Shown piece after piece: positions 11,284 to 22,166 of a stretch of 64,000 bases of DNA. The DNA comes from an uncultured Syntrophales bacterium. GTDB taxonomy: Bacteria > Desulfobacterota > Syntrophia > Syntrophales > JADFWA01. Each line of letters begins with the position of its first letter. Within the stretch, counting starts at the first letter, position 1. Position numbers and translations under genes: made by a program. The stretch is from NCBI GenBank assembly GCA_964652795.1, contig CAZZBF010000003.1, positions 16,017 to 80,016 on the forward strand, written 5' to 3'. The notes under the pieces are model-generated. The model saw only the letters and a list, made by a program, of their open reading frames with translations, searched no databases and was not told the DNA's origin.

Positions 11284-12798
11284 CTACTCGGTAATGAATA
11301 CGGAATCGAATTCGGTCAGGGCATCGGTCATCTTTTTGTCCAGTTCCGGGCTTATTTCCTTTTTCTCATCTATCTCAGACATAATTTCAAGGTGCTTGCT
11401 CTTCACAAAGTTTGAAAGTTGAATTTCGTATTCTTTTAATTGTTCAACTTCATATTTATCCAGGAATCCTCTGGCTCCCGCGAAGAGAATAATAACCTGT
11501 TCCGACAGAAGCAATGGCTGGTACTGAGGTTGTTTCAATATTTCAACCAATCTGGCTCCCCTTGCCAGCTGAGCCTGTGTTGCCTTGTCGAGATCACTTC
11601 CGAATTGTGTAAAAGCCGCCAGCTCTCTGTATTGGGCGAGGTCAAGCTTCAGGGTTCCCGCAACCTGTTTCATGGCCTTTACCTGAGCGGCACCACCCAC
11701 CCTCGAGACCGACAGTCCCACATTGATCGCGGGCCGAATACCGGAGAAAAATAGATCCGGTTCAAGGTAGACCTGACCGTCTGTAATAGAAATAACGTTG
11801 GTGGGGATATAGGCGGAAACGTCTCCTGCCTGGGTTTCAATAATAGGAAGAGCAGTTAGGGAACCACTTCCCAACTCTTCACTTACCCTTGCAGAACGTT
11901 CCAGAAGTCTTGAGTGATTATAGAAAATATCACCTGGGAATGCCTCACGACCCGGAGGTCTTCTCAGGAGAAGAGATATCTGCCTGTAGGCAACCGCCTG
12001 TTTTGAAAGATCATCATAGATAATGAGGGCATCCTGCTTATTGTCCCGGAAATATTCGCCCATGCTGCATCCGGAGTACGCGGCGATATACTGCAATGTA
12101 GCCGGATCGCTGGCACAGGCTGAGACTACACATGTATAATCCATCGCATCATTTTTTCTCAAAGCTTCCACAACCTGAGCCACCGTTGATTTTTTTTGGC
12201 CGATGGCGACGTAAATGCACTTAACATCAGTATTCTTTTGTCTTATTATGGCATCGATACAAACGGCGGTTTTCCCTATCTGTCTATCACCGATGATGAG
12301 CTCCCGCTGTCCTCGTCCGATAGGTGTCATGGCATCAACGGCCTTTATCCCTGTATACATCGGTTCATTAACAGGCTGACGCTGGATAACACCGGGAGCG
12401 ACCATTTCTATTCTTCTAAATTCAGTCGTTTCGATGGGTCCCTTTCCGTCTATCGGTGCGCCGGTTCCATCAACAACTCGCCCCAATACGGCTTCCCCTA
12501 CAGGAACTTGGGCAATCTTGCCTGTCCTCTTAACGATGTCTCCTTCTTTGATGTGAGTATCTTCTCCAAGGATGGCGACACCGACGTTATCGGTTTCCAG
12601 GTTCAGAACCATTCCCAATAACCCGCCGGGAAATTCGAGTAGCTCCATTGCCATTGCGTTTTCCACTCCATAGATTCGCGCAATTCCGTCCCCGACGGAC
12701 AGGACAGTCCCGGTTTCGCTTACATCAAGTTTCTTTTCATAATCCTTTATCTGCTTGGAAATTATTTCGCTTATTTCTTCTGCCCTGATTCTTTCCAT
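11284..12798 (-). CDS. atpA: F1 ATP synthase alpha subunit
   Basis: 504 aa with GDRQIGKT Walker A and a highly conserved alpha-subunit sequence throughout. Confidence 0.98.
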   Translation of the reverse strand: MERIRAEEISEIISKQIKDYEKKLDVSETGTVLSVGDGIARIYGVENAMAMELLEFPGGLLGMVLNLETDNVGVAILGEDTHIKEGDIVKRTGKIAQVPVGEAVLGRVVDGTGAPIDGKGPIETTEFRRIEMVAPGVIQRQPVNEPMYTGIKAVDAMTPIGRGQRELIIGDRQIGKTAVCIDAIIRQKNTDVKCIYVAIGQKKSTVAQVVEALRKNDAMDYTCVVSACASDPATLQYIAAYSGCSMGEYFRDNKQDALIIYDDLSKQAVAYRQISLLLRRPPGREAFPGDIFYNHSRLLERSARVSEELGSGSLTALPIIETQAGDVSAYIPTNVISITDGQVYLEPDLFFSGIRPAINVGLSVSRVGGAAQVKAMKQVAGTLKLDLAQYRELAAFTQFGSDLDKATQAQLARGARLVEILKQPQYQPLLLSEQVIILFAGARGFLDKYEVEQLKEYEIQLSNFVKSKHLEIMSEIDEKKEISPELDKKMTDALTEFDSVFITE

Positions 12799-13356
12799 CT
12801 ATATATCCTCCCCTAAGAGATTCCTTATGTTGTTCAGTTGAGTCTTTATGCTTCCATCGTAAACAGTATCACCAATCCGTACAACAACACCACCCAGAAG
12901 AGTTGAATCATCCTCAATGGTCACGTCTACCTTCTTATCGGTGAGTTCTTCCAATTTGTTCTTAATACTTTCGGACAATTCCGTGGATAAAGGAAAGGCT
13001 GTTTTAATGTCGGCCCTTACCTTTTTGAGGGTGTCATCAATAATTTCCCGATAACAAATTTCGATGTCAGGAAGAATATCAATTCTCCGTTTATCTACCA
13101 GCAACCTAAGAAAATTGCCGGTTATACCTGAAACATCTATCCTTTTTAACACTTCTTCGATAATAGCTTTTTTATCGCTCTGGTCAAATATGGGATTAGC
13201 TAAAAATTCTTTCAGGTTTTCGTTTCCCTCAAGTACAGACGAAAAACTTCTCAATTCACCGTAGTACTTTTCGTAGTTATCTCCTTCTTTGGCTATATTG
13301 AAGAAGGCCTTTGCATAACGTTTTGCAATACCACTGCCAATCAATTTTTTCACCAC
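12799..13356 (-). CDS. atpH: F1 ATP synthase delta (OSCP) subunit
   Basis: 185 aa with a GTG start and the OSCP-like N-terminus IAKRYAKAFF. It abuts the atpA start. Confidence 0.9.
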   Translation of the reverse strand: MVKKLIGSGIAKRYAKAFFNIAKEGDNYEKYYGELRSFSSVLEGNENLKEFLANPIFDQSDKKAIIEEVLKRIDVSGITGNFLRLLVDKRRIDILPDIEICYREIIDDTLKKVRADIKTAFPLSTELSESIKNKLEELTDKKVDVTIEDDSTLLGGVVVRIGDTVYDGSIKTQLNNIRNLLGEDI

Positions 13357-13383
13357 CCTGTCATAAAGAAAGTTTACATGCGC

Positions 13384-14019
13384 TTAAGAGTCTGTCTGTC
13401 TTGAACGAGTTTGCGAAGACATACTCTTCAAATAATCTTCAACTATATTTTCGTGATCTTTTTCTGAAACATTCTTTTTTAGAATTTCTTCAGCCATTTG
13501 AATGGAAAGTTCAACCGCTTCAGCCCTTAATTGACTTTTAGCCTTCTTGGTTTCCTGTTCGATTCTGGACTGGGCGTCCTCTTTCATTCTCTCGGCGGTT
13601 ATTTTGGCATTTTCAATAATTTTTTCCTTTTCCGCCAATCCCTGGGCACGTATCATTTCAGAGATTTCACTAATCTCCTCCGTAGCCTTATCCAGTTTGG
13701 CGGAGTATTCTTCAAATCTCTTTTCAGCTTCCTCCTTCGCTGCCATTGCTTCTTCCAGGGAAAGTTTGATATCCGTACGCCTTCCGGAGAAAAAAACTTT
13801 TATTCTGTCTTTAAGCAACCAGTAAAGAAGTCCGACAAGTATAACAAAGTTTATAACCCTCCATCCGAAATCGAGCAGTTGTCCTCCATGACCGGAACCT
13901 TCATCAGAGCCTCCTGAAGCGTAAACAATTGAGGAAGTTACAACCAGAATCATCAAGGTGAGTAGCAGGGAACGTACGAAAGGTTGCTTGTATAGATTTG
14001 TTGAAAGCAATTTTTTCAT
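13384..14019 (-). CDS. atpF: Fo ATP synthase subunit b
   Basis: 211 aa. A single N-terminal TM segment is followed by a long charged coiled coil (EEAMAAKEEAEKRFEEY...). Confidence 0.85.
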   Translation of the reverse strand: MKKLLSTNLYKQPFVRSLLLTLMILVVTSSIVYASGGSDEGSGHGGQLLDFGWRVINFVILVGLLYWLLKDRIKVFFSGRRTDIKLSLEEAMAAKEEAEKRFEEYSAKLDKATEEISEISEMIRAQGLAEKEKIIENAKITAERMKEDAQSRIEQETKKAKSQLRAEAVELSIQMAEEILKKNVSEKDHENIVEDYLKSMSSQTRSRQTDS

Positions 14020-14450
14020 TGAATGCTCCTTCCCAGCACTTTTTCGGCAATCTCAATCGACGTATTCCGGGACTGTTTTCTCAAGAAATCTCTCGCTTCA
14101 TCCATTTCCTTTTCAATCTTTCCATGAAGTTCTTGAATCATCTGTGAGATTTTGCTTTTTGCTTCCTCGATTACTTTTCCTCCTTCTTCAGATCCCGCTT
14201 GCTCAATTTCATTTTTCTGCTCAACTGCTTTGAGCCTTGCCTGGCGAACCTTTTCCTCATATTCAGCCATTTTTTGCTCAATAGTCTGATTGAGCTTCTT
14301 TACTTCTTCATCAGAGTCTTGAAGCTTTTGATTTCTCTTGCTGATTATTTTCAGGATTGATTTATAGAGGAATATATTCAATAAGAACATCAGGAAGAGG
14401 AAATTAAACATTTGAATCCAGATCGTATAATCAAGGTTTACCATTGCCAA
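14016..14450 (-). CDS. atpF: Fo ATP synthase subunit b'
   Basis: 144 aa, with one TM helix (IQMFNFLFLMFLLNIFLY) and a coiled coil. It overlaps atpF by 4 nt. An ATG at 14444 with GAGG upstream is an alternative start. Confidence 0.8.
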   Translation of the reverse strand: MAMVNLDYTIWIQMFNFLFLMFLLNIFLYKSILKIISKRNQKLQDSDEEVKKLNQTIEQKMAEYEEKVRQARLKAVEQKNEIEQAGSEEGGKVIEEAKSKISQMIQELHGKIEKEMDEARDFLRKQSRNTSIEIAEKVLGRSIQ

Positions 14451-14899
14451 TTACCTCATTAGGAAGATCCTTAAAATTAAAAACTAAAAAACCGAGCAAA
14501 TAGAGATTGACCCGGTTAAACTAAACTAATGCCAACTTAAAATAACGGCCTGTAAACATCCGCAAAATATATGTTGATATCTCAATTCTATGTGTGTCTG
14601 CACTAAGAAAACCCTTTACAACTCCTGAGTTAAAACAGCGGTTTCTTAATCACAACTCTCGATAATTGTCAAGTTTTTTTTGTTTTAACCGGGGAAATGA
14701 GAGCGAGCAATCTTTCGTGAACTGCAGTTAACTGTTTCTTTACGGAGGAAAACAAATGCGTTTTGCTGAAATAGCAATAAGCTTAACTTGATGACATTAT
14801 GGTAAACTCGACCAACTTAACAATAAAAGTGTTGACTAAATTTTTTGACGCGGATATGGTTGAACGGACCGAGTCGGTACCTTTTGGGGAGACTGTAAA

Positions 14900-15649
14900 A
14901 TGAGAAAACCCTGTATGGTTGCAAACTGGAAAATGCACAAAACCGTCAAGGAATCTGTCGATTTTGCATGTCAGTTGAGAAACAAAATTTCCGAACCTGC
15001 GGACATTGATATCGTAATTGCGCCGCCATTTACATCACTTTACCCCGTAGCAGAAGTATTGAGGGAATCTGCCATTCATCTTTCAGCCCAGAATCTTCAC
15101 TGGGATGAAAAAGGGGCGTATACGGGTGAAGTGTCTGCCGGGATGTTGGTTGATGTTGGCTGCAGGTACGTTATAATAGGCCACTCTGAACGCCGGACCC
15201 TTTTTAATGAAAATGATGAAGATATAAATCGGAAGATAAAAATTGCCCTGAAGTTCAATTTGAGGCCAATATTCTGTATAGGGGAAACTTTAGATGAGAG
15301 GGAATCAAGAAAGACATTTGCCGTTATTCAAAAACAGCTAAAAGAAGGATTGATTGATATTCCGACTAATGATATAAGGCACATAATTTTCGCTTATGAA
15401 CCGGTTTGGGCTATTGGTACGGGTAAAACCGCTTCACCTAGTCAGGCAGTAGAAGTACATAGTTTTATTCGAAACATGATAACGGAGATTCATGGAACAG
15501 ATGTTTCCGGTGGAACGGTAATCCTTTACGGGGGAAGCGTCAATCCGGATAATATAGCTGACCTTATGAGTCAGCCGGATATAGATGGTGCCCTTGTTGG
15601 GGGGGCGAGTCTGGATGTTGGAAAATTTATTAAAGTTATAAAATTCTAA
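14900..15649 (+). CDS. tpiA: triosephosphate isomerase
   Basis: 249 aa with ANWKMHKT, IIGHSERR and AYEPVWAIGTGKTA. Confidence 0.97.
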   Translation: MRKPCMVANWKMHKTVKESVDFACQLRNKISEPADIDIVIAPPFTSLYPVAEVLRESAIHLSAQNLHWDEKGAYTGEVSAGMLVDVGCRYVIIGHSERRTLFNENDEDINRKIKIALKFNLRPIFCIGETLDERESRKTFAVIQKQLKEGLIDIPTNDIRHIIFAYEPVWAIGTGKTASPSQAVEVHSFIRNMITEIHGTDVSGGTVILYGGSVNPDNIADLMSQPDIDGALVGGASLDVGKFIKVIKF

Positions 15650-15681
15650 TCTAAATCTAAAGATAAAGAGGTATTCCTAAA

Positions 15682-16014
15682 TTGTATGTATTTTTTGCTA
15701 TTGTGCATGTTGTTGTATGCATAATGTTGATTCTCATTGTTCTTCTTCAGAGGGGAAGGGGGGCGGATATGGGAGCTGTATTTGGTGGTGGATCAAGTCA
15801 AACTATTTTCGGAAGCAGCGGTCCCGGAACGTTCCTTGGAAAAGTGACAGCCGTCGTTGCCACGGTATTTATGATAACGTCTCTATGGCTTGCTTACTCC
15901 ACTACTCACAAGGGTTCAGTTATGGAGGGGGTTGCCACCAAGCCAGCAGTAGAGCAAAAGGTGCCAGTTGATCAAGGCACCACTGGTAATACCCCTCAGA
16001 ACACAAAGCAATAA
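15682..16014 (+). CDS. secG: preprotein translocase subunit SecG
   Basis: 110 aa with a TTG start. It has two TM segments with the Gly-rich loop LLQRGRGADMGAVFGGGSSQTIFGSSG. The tpiA-secG-tRNA-Leu order is the classic arrangement. Confidence 0.9.
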   Translation: MYVFFAIVHVVVCIMLILIVLLQRGRGADMGAVFGGGSSQTIFGSSGPGTFLGKVTAVVATVFMITSLWLAYSTTHKGSVMEGVATKPAVEQKVPVDQGTTGNTPQNTKQ

Positions 16015-16047
16015 TAGACAGGGAGTCTGCTTCCGATACTCCATTGT

Positions 16048-16134
16048 GCCGAAGTGGTGGAATATGGTAGACACGCTATCTTGAGGGGGTAGTGGGTTAC
16101 GCCCGTCCCGGTTCAAGTCCGGGCTTCGGCACCA
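16048..16134 (+). tRNA. tRNA-Leu (anticodon GAG)
   Basis: Acceptor GCCGAAG/CTTCGGC with ACCA. The anticodon arm is CTATC-TTGAGGG-GGTAG, which gives GAG. It has a long variable arm and the T arm CCGGTTCAAGTCCGG. Confidence 0.9.
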
Positions 16135-16143
16135 TAAAAAATC

Positions 16144-16180
16144 AAGGGGTTGATCTGACGAGGGTTAACCCCTTTTATTT
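16144..16180 (+). terminator. rho-independent terminator after tRNA-Leu
   Basis: AAGGGGTT (16144-16151) ... AACCCCTT (16167-16174), followed by TTATTTT. Confidence 0.75.
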
Positions 16181-16330
16181 TGATCGGGAGCGCACCCGCA
16201 CAAGCCTATACTATGCCAAGTGTCGAATGGTACCGGGATAAAGTCCTTCGCTTGAAAAATTTGAGGCGTCTGTCGTATGCTATTATTTTTTGTTTACCCA
16301 TACCACTTTTCTATACAAAAAATGATACCT

Positions 16331-16415
16331 TGAACTGAACAGCGAGCGCATTATCCTTCTAAATAACTTCGTTCCAAGCCGCTTGCAGCCGGGTTTAGCG
16401 AGTGAATGAAAAATG
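16331..16415 (+). repeat. REP-like intergenic repeat, copy 1
   Basis: TGAACTGAACAGCGAGCGCATTATCCTTCTAAATAACTTCGTTCC plus a degenerate hairpin and a TTAGCGAGTGAATGAAAAAT tail. It matches 21514..21580 and 55736..55820. Confidence 0.8.
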
Positions 16416-16534
16416 AAGGAATTCTTTAACAAATTCAAAATTTTCCTCTGGTTTTATCTTGCGTCTATTGTTTTTATTATTTACAATTCCCATTAGTTTT
16501 ACAAATTATAACTTGCTAGAGGAAAGAAAATCTT

Positions 16535-17827
16535 ATGAAAGTAAAGATGACACATCGTAATATATTTTTCATTATTACTATCATAACCGCCTTTCTCTTT
16601 TACTCATGTGCGGCCATGCGGACTTCAAAGGAATCCGAAAAAATCGAACAGCTTTATATTAAAGCGACGGTACAAAATATCTCGGATAATGAAGTTGCCT
16701 TAACACTGCAGTTGCCCGAGTTTAAAAAGTCGGCAGACCCGTTTATCGGCGAAATAGCCCAACAGGTTATTCGAAAGGGACTTTTCATTGAAGGGCTAAC
16801 AACGGAAATTGAGGGTACACCGGCGGTCGTGAAAGAGGTACATGGAAATATCATAAAGGTTCTGTTGAAAAAACCCAAGTCCTATTCTGTCGGTTCCAGT
16901 GTAAGTTTGAAAATTCCCCAAAAGACAATTGCAATTGTAGATTTCGAAGTAATTCGAGGTAAACAAAAAGAGGCCGGAAGGGTTACACTTGAAAAACTGA
17001 CATCCGCGCTAATTGATTCCGGTCATTTCAACGTTGTTGAAAGGGCAAAGCTGAAAACAATCATCGAAGAACTTAAATTAGGCATGACGGGCCTCACAAG
17101 CAAATCATCTATGGATAAAGTCGGCCAGCTCCAGATGGCAGACCTGATACTGACAGGAACACTGGCAGAGATGAGGGGGAAATGGGATATCAACCTCAGG
17201 CTTTTGAATGTCAAAACAGGGCAGGCCATGGCCGCAATTACGATGCAGACAAGACTATTCAGACCTTCGGAAATGAGAGATTCCGGACCATTGAACGCGG
17301 ATTTTGAATCGGATTTTGTCGATCCTTCGTGGAATATCGGCTTTAAAAGAAAAAGCGGTTTTCGTGTCGGTCTTGCTACTGCCGAGGGAGCCGAAGGTTC
17401 CAGACACTCTCTCGAAGTGCGGTTTAATCTCAAAACAACCCGCGGTATGGTTTTTCCCAGAGCAGAAAACAGGACTAAAAGGGATCTGTGTTTATACAAT
17501 GGTATTGAATTTTACGTGAAGTCAACTCGGTTGCTCACCGGCACGGTTTGGATTGCGACATCAAACCCGGATGATCCTAATAGTATGGATGCATGGACGG
17601 GAAATTTTGATACATATACGGACTGGAGAAAGATAAGAATACCATTTGACAATTTAACGGTTGGAAGGAGATGGATAAAGAAAGGCGCTGAAAAGTACGG
17701 CGCAAAATGTGGAGATCAGGTGTTGCGTCTCGACCGTGTTGAAATTGTATCGATAGGACTTCCGTGTCATAATAACCCTCCGGTAAAAGGGATAATGTGG
17801 ATAGATAAAATCTGTTTTTATCAGTAA
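16535..17827 (+). CDS. lipoprotein with CsgG/LpoB-like domain and C-terminal beta-sandwich-like domain
   Basis: 430 aa with lipobox LFYSC. The central segment IAIVDFEV...VVERAKLKTIIEELKLGMTGL...LILTGTL resembles CsgG/FlgO-type lipoproteins. The function is unknown. Confidence 0.55.
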   Translation: MKVKMTHRNIFFIITIITAFLFYSCAAMRTSKESEKIEQLYIKATVQNISDNEVALTLQLPEFKKSADPFIGEIAQQVIRKGLFIEGLTTEIEGTPAVVKEVHGNIIKVLLKKPKSYSVGSSVSLKIPQKTIAIVDFEVIRGKQKEAGRVTLEKLTSALIDSGHFNVVERAKLKTIIEELKLGMTGLTSKSSMDKVGQLQMADLILTGTLAEMRGKWDINLRLLNVKTGQAMAAITMQTRLFRPSEMRDSGPLNADFESDFVDPSWNIGFKRKSGFRVGLATAEGAEGSRHSLEVRFNLKTTRGMVFPRAENRTKRDLCLYNGIEFYVKSTRLLTGTVWIATSNPDDPNSMDAWTGNFDTYTDWRKIRIPFDNLTVGRRWIKKGAEKYGAKCGDQVLRLDRVEIVSIGLPCHNNPPVKGIMWIDKICFYQ

Positions 17828-17844
17828 TTTTAGGGACGTAAATA

Positions 17845-19065
17845 ATGGGTGGAGAAACAAAACGGAGTGAGACGAGGGTAAAAGGTTTCAGTGATGCTGA
17901 GATGGATTTTCAGCTTATTCGTCAGCTTGGATCAACCGCTTACGGCGGAGCATCTGTCGGTGAGTGTTTCTCTGTTGCAGAGCGTATCAATGACGGAGTT
18001 CCGTCAAGCTGGGTGGAAGAATTCGCAAAGCTGGCAAAGACGCAAAAGAAAGATGCCGATGAAAGAACCGCAAGAGGTCACGGGATCAGTGCACGTGAGC
18101 AGTATTTAAAAGCATGTAACTCGTACCGTGCTGCCGAATATTACACAGATTACCGTGACCCCATTCACAGAGAGCTCGGTATTAAAAGCCGGGAGTGCTT
18201 TGAAGAGGCAATGAAGTTTGTAAATCATACTTTTGAATCGGAAACCTTGGTCTTTAAAGATATTACTTTGCCCGTATACTTTATGGCTCCGTCGCTAGAC
18301 GGCAGGAAACGTAAAACTCTTATGATTGTAAGCGGTTTTGACGGTACCACAGAGGAAGAGTATCTTCAGACTGGCTTTGCCGCCCTCCAACGAGGTTTCA
18401 ACATCATTCTTTTTGCCGGACCGGGACAGATGGACACCTTGCGGTTTCATCCGGATACGTTTTTTGAACCGGATTTTGAACATCCTGTCGGTACGGTGCT
18501 CGAATATGTGAGTGACAGGAACGATGTAGACATGGAGCGTATAGCACTTTTGGGTATTAGCTTCGGAGGATATTTTGCGACTCGTGCTGTGTCACGTGAG
18601 CCTCGAATAAAAGCCCTTGTGGCCAATTCTCCGATAATTGATCTTCACAAATATATGGTTGGTTTTGTCGGCGTTGATCCGGCAGAGATGCCGGATGATG
18701 AAGACTTTACACCGCAGGATTTGCCGGAAATCCCTGAAGAGTTAATGTCAAGCCAGATGAAAGAACTTACCGGGAACCTGATGGGCCGGTTTGGGCAGCC
18801 ATCATTCAAGAAAACGTTCCAATATATGCGTCAATTCAATGTTGGAGAAGCTCTGGAAGACATTTCATGTCCATGTTTCGCAATGGCCGGAATCGGCGAG
18901 GGAGTAGAACCGCAGAGACAGTTCAACGTCTTCTGTGATAGAGTTTCAGGCCCGGTTGCATCTCATCTTTTTACCCAAGAAGAAGGAGCCGACTCCCACT
19001 GCCAGGTAGGCAATCTCGCTTTTTCAAATGCAGTTTACCTGGACTGGCTGGATGAACTTTTTTGA
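17845..19065 (+). CDS. alpha/beta-fold hydrolase
   Basis: 406 aa with the nucleophile elbow GISFGG (GxSxG). Its overall architecture resembles FrsA/DUF1100-type esterases. Confidence 0.7.
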   Translation: MGGETKRSETRVKGFSDAEMDFQLIRQLGSTAYGGASVGECFSVAERINDGVPSSWVEEFAKLAKTQKKDADERTARGHGISAREQYLKACNSYRAAEYYTDYRDPIHRELGIKSRECFEEAMKFVNHTFESETLVFKDITLPVYFMAPSLDGRKRKTLMIVSGFDGTTEEEYLQTGFAALQRGFNIILFAGPGQMDTLRFHPDTFFEPDFEHPVGTVLEYVSDRNDVDMERIALLGISFGGYFATRAVSREPRIKALVANSPIIDLHKYMVGFVGVDPAEMPDDEDFTPQDLPEIPEELMSSQMKELTGNLMGRFGQPSFKKTFQYMRQFNVGEALEDISCPCFAMAGIGEGVEPQRQFNVFCDRVSGPVASHLFTQEEGADSHCQVGNLAFSNAVYLDWLDELF

Positions 19066-19284
19066 CCGGAAACGCACCTCCGGCCCCCGTTCTGTGAGCG
19101 GTAAGCTTTGTATTATGAGTATTATGCAAAGCTTCCATCTTACAAAGATAAAATATATTTTAATCGTAACATACCTGATTAACGGCCAATATGCATAACT
19201 GATTGAAATTATAGCATATATTACCTGCATAAATCATATGCAATCCGGTATTAATTGGAGTTTATAAGGTATTTACAGGTTTTA

Positions 19285-19320
19285 TCAACATGTCTGTCAA
19301 CATATTTGTCAACATATCTG
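19285..19320 (+). repeat. 3 x 12-nt tandem repeat
   Basis: TCAACATGTCTG TCAACATATTTG TCAACATATCTG in non-coding DNA. A G9 tract lies 18 nt downstream (19338..19346). Confidence 0.9.
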
Positions 19321-19588
19321 TGGATTCAGGCACGGGAGGGGGGGGGATAATTTTTAAAAGCGGATTGAAATTAGGGACTTTCTTCACAAAGCCTGTTCCA
19401 TGAACGATTCGTATGTCACGGGTCTTTGACGGGATCAACCTCTGCAAGTTGATCAATTTCATCTGGCTCACATGCTTTATCTGTGCCGCGATCAAAAGAC
19501 AATCCCTGGTCTAATTTCTCTATTTGGGAAAGATTAAATTTTAGTCACAAAAAAAGGGATAGCCGCAGTAACAGCTAACCCTTTTTTC

Positions 19589-19663
19589 TGGTAGTCCCAA
19601 GGGGAATTGAACCCCTGTTTCTGGCGTGAGAGGCCAGCGTCCTAACCCCTAGACGATGGGACC
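19589..19663 (-). tRNA. tRNA-Glu (anticodon CUC)
   Basis: The reverse complement is GGTCCCATCGTCTAGGGGTTAGGACGCTGGCCTCTCACGCCAGAAACAGGGGTTCAATTCCCCTTGGGACTACCA. The anticodon arm CTGGC-CTCTCAC-GCCAG gives CUC. Confidence 0.9.
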
Positions 19664-19918
19664 ATAATGGCTGAAATCAGGATTCGTGCCCGTGCAGCAG
19701 ATTACAGAAATTTCAATCCTACCGGTAGAAAATTTATCGGTTCAAGTAAAATTTGAATTGCCGAACTTAGACAATAAAAATTGAAAAGTCAAGGCCAAGT
19801 TAAATCCACGATTTACGATGGCTGTCTGCTGCAGATTAAAATCCCTCCAACTGTTAGTTCGACAGCGGTTTTTTCTCCTTTCCGCGATTTTTTCTGGACA
19901 TTATGGTTATAAAAAATG

Positions 19919-21334
19919 TTAGCGGTTTTTGATATATGCCAAAGCCCTTTTTATTCTTTGAATTACAATATCCTTTCCCAGGGTTATCATAACCTCGTCA
20001 ATGCCGGGGCTTACTATTTTTCCGGTAAGGGCGACCCTTAGCGGTTGCGCGATAAATTTGAGCTTTGTTTGTCTTTCTTCCGCAATTTTCCTCAGGAAAA
20101 TTTCAATTCCTTCCCTTGTATAATTTTCCAGTGATGGCAACTCTTCCGCGATTGTTTCAAGATGCCCGGCGTATTCCATATTAAGAAACTCTCCGGCAGC
20201 TTTTTCATCATATTTTATTTCGTCTTGAAAGTAAAAAACACCGCATTCTGCCATTTCCGCAAGTGTTTTTGATCTGTTTTTCAGGTCGAGGACGACTTTC
20301 GTCACAAAATTTTTGTCTGACGTGTCCAGCCCTGTTTTTTTCAGGAAAGGACTTAATTCCCGGGCGAGTCTTTCAGTATTATATTCCTTTATGTAATGCT
20401 GATTAAGCCAGAGTAGCTTTTCCGGATTGAATACCGAAGCAGATTTACCGACGACCTGGAGAGTGAATAGATCAACCAGCTCGTCCAGGGAAAATATTTC
20501 CTGATCCCCGTGAGACCAGCCGAGTCTTACCAGATAATTGACAAGAGCCTCCGGGAGATACCCCATATTTTTATATTCCATGACAGATGTTGCACCGTGG
20601 CGTTTGCTTAACCGTGCCTTATCGGCTCCCAGGATCATAGGTGCGTGCGCGAATTGGGGCAGCTTGTATCCCAAGGCTTCATAGAGAAGGATCTGCCTCG
20701 GTGTGTTGTTAAGGTGATCATCGCCACGTATAACATGGGTGATCCCCATATCCGCATCATCAACAACGACGGCAAAATTATACGTCGGGTATCCATCACC
20801 TCTTTCAATAACCAAGTCGTCCAGCTCTTCATTATTAAAACGTATACTTCCCTTGATGAGGTCACTGACAATTGTAATGCCAATTTGCGGACATTTGAAT
20901 CTGACTACCGAATTTTCAGTCCTGCCAAGATTTTTGTCCCGGCATTTACCGTCATATTTCGGTTTTTCCCCATTTGAAAGCGCCTTTTTTCTCTTTTCTT
21001 CCAACTCTTCAGCAGTACATTTACAGTAATATGCCTTTCCTTCATCTAAAAGTTTTTGTACCATCTTCCTGTAAGTATCGATCCTTTTAGTCTGGAAGAA
21101 GGGGCCCTCATCCCAATCGAGGCCGAGCCACTTCATAGCGTCTAAAATGGCATTAGTAGACTCTTCTGTCGAGCGGAGTTGATCTGTATCCTCTATCCTG
21201 AGAATGAATTTTCCGCCGTTGTGCCTGGCGTAAAGCCAGTTGAAAAGGGCTGTCCTTGCACCCCCGATGTGCAAAACCCCGGTGGGAGACGGAGCAAATC
21301 TTGTTCTTACGCTTTTACCTTCTTTTTCAGGCAT
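19919..21334 (-). CDS. gltX: glutamyl-tRNA synthetase
   Basis: 471 aa with [18 protein letters not shown] (HIGH motif) and ARLSKRHG (KMSKS motif). Confidence 0.97.
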   Translation of the reverse strand: MPEKEGKSVRTRFAPSPTGVLHIGGARTALFNWLYARHNGGKFILRIEDTDQLRSTEESTNAILDAMKWLGLDWDEGPFFQTKRIDTYRKMVQKLLDEGKAYYCKCTAEELEEKRKKALSNGEKPKYDGKCRDKNLGRTENSVVRFKCPQIGITIVSDLIKGSIRFNNEELDDLVIERGDGYPTYNFAVVVDDADMGITHVIRGDDHLNNTPRQILLYEALGYKLPQFAHAPMILGADKARLSKRHGATSVMEYKNMGYLPEALVNYLVRLGWSHGDQEIFSLDELVDLFTLQVVGKSASVFNPEKLLWLNQHYIKEYNTERLARELSPFLKKTGLDTSDKNFVTKVVLDLKNRSKTLAEMAECGVFYFQDEIKYDEKAAGEFLNMEYAGHLETIAEELPSLENYTREGIEIFLRKIAEERQTKLKFIAQPLRVALTGKIVSPGIDEVMITLGKDIVIQRIKRALAYIKNR

Positions 21335-21513
21335 TTTCCATACACTCTCTGTTTATTGACAGAACCTTAATATGATTTATATCTGGCTTTTGTCAAGTTG
21401 GTTTTTATAAAATAAAAAATTTTATGAGGATATTTTTCTTGACAACTATAGAGATTTTTAATTAGCTATTAAATTCCTTTCTTGATATAAAAATTTTTTC
21501 TCTAAAGAGAGGG

Positions 21514-21580
21514 TGAACTGAACAGCGAGCGCATTATTCTCCGAATTACTTCGTTCCTCGCAGCTTGCTGCGGGGAGATT
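21514..21580 (+). repeat. REP-like intergenic repeat, copy 2
   Basis: TGAACTGAACAGCGAGCGCATTATTCTCCGAATTACTTCGTTCC followed by the hairpin CGCAG-CTTG-CTGCG and GGGGAGATT. It abuts the yceD ribosome-binding site. Confidence 0.8.
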
Positions 21581-22122
21581 TAATTTTGAAGGTTAAGGTT
21601 GGAAATATACCGGAAGAGGGTCTCAATCTTGAGTTTTCAAGAGATGGGGACTGGTTCCGTAAAGTATTGCCAGAGGATGAGAGATCTGTTTTTCTCCTTC
21701 ATAGGGTTGGTGTTTCCCTTTTGGCAAAAAAAGTCGGCAAGACTGTGTCCCTTGAGGTTAAAATAGAAACGACAGTCGACCTGGAATGTTGCAGATGTTT
21801 GGAAAGATTTACCTTTCCAGTAAAAACCGAATTCAAATATATTCTCTCTCCTGTTGAGGAACGGTTTGAAGAAGAATTAGAATTAACCAGCGACGACCTC
21901 TTGTCCGGTTATTACAAAAATGACATCATTGAATTGGACCCGGTCGTCTTTGAACAAATATTGCTTCAGATACCGATTAAACCGCTTTGCAGTGATTCCT
22001 GCAAGGGGATTTGTCCACATTGTGGTGTCAATCTTAATGATGAAACATGTAAATGTCAGATGAATGCAGTTGATTTAAGATTAGCCGTTTTAAAGAAATT
22101 TAGGGTTTCGAAAGAGAAATAA
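21565..22122 (+). CDS. yceD: YceD/DUF177 family protein
   Basis: It lies upstream of rpmF as in most bacteria and has the C-terminal Cys cluster CSDSCKGICPHCGVNLNDETCKC. The track start TTG 21565 lies inside the repeat, so TTG 21586 (MKVKVGNIPEEG, GGGGAG upstream) is more likely. Confidence 0.85.
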   Translation: MLRGDLILKVKVGNIPEEGLNLEFSRDGDWFRKVLPEDERSVFLLHRVGVSLLAKKVGKTVSLEVKIETTVDLECCRCLERFTFPVKTEFKYILSPVEERFEEELELTSDDLLSGYYKNDIIELDPVVFEQILLQIPIKPLCSDSCKGICPHCGVNLNDETCKCQMNAVDLRLAVLKKFRVSKEK

Positions 22123-22166
22123 GAAATTTACAATTAATGATAAACTGATTAAGAAAAGGATATTTA

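Noticed and set aside
19262-19495. 77-aa track ORF near tRNA-Glu as a possible integrase or excisionase remnant, and a duplicated tRNA 3' end (att site) around 19355..19385.
   Set aside because: The ORF has no recognisable recombinase motifs and its C-terminus is an artefact of the tandem 12-mers. Similarity between GGATTGAAATTAGGGACT and the tRNA 3' end is too weak and is in the wrong orientation.
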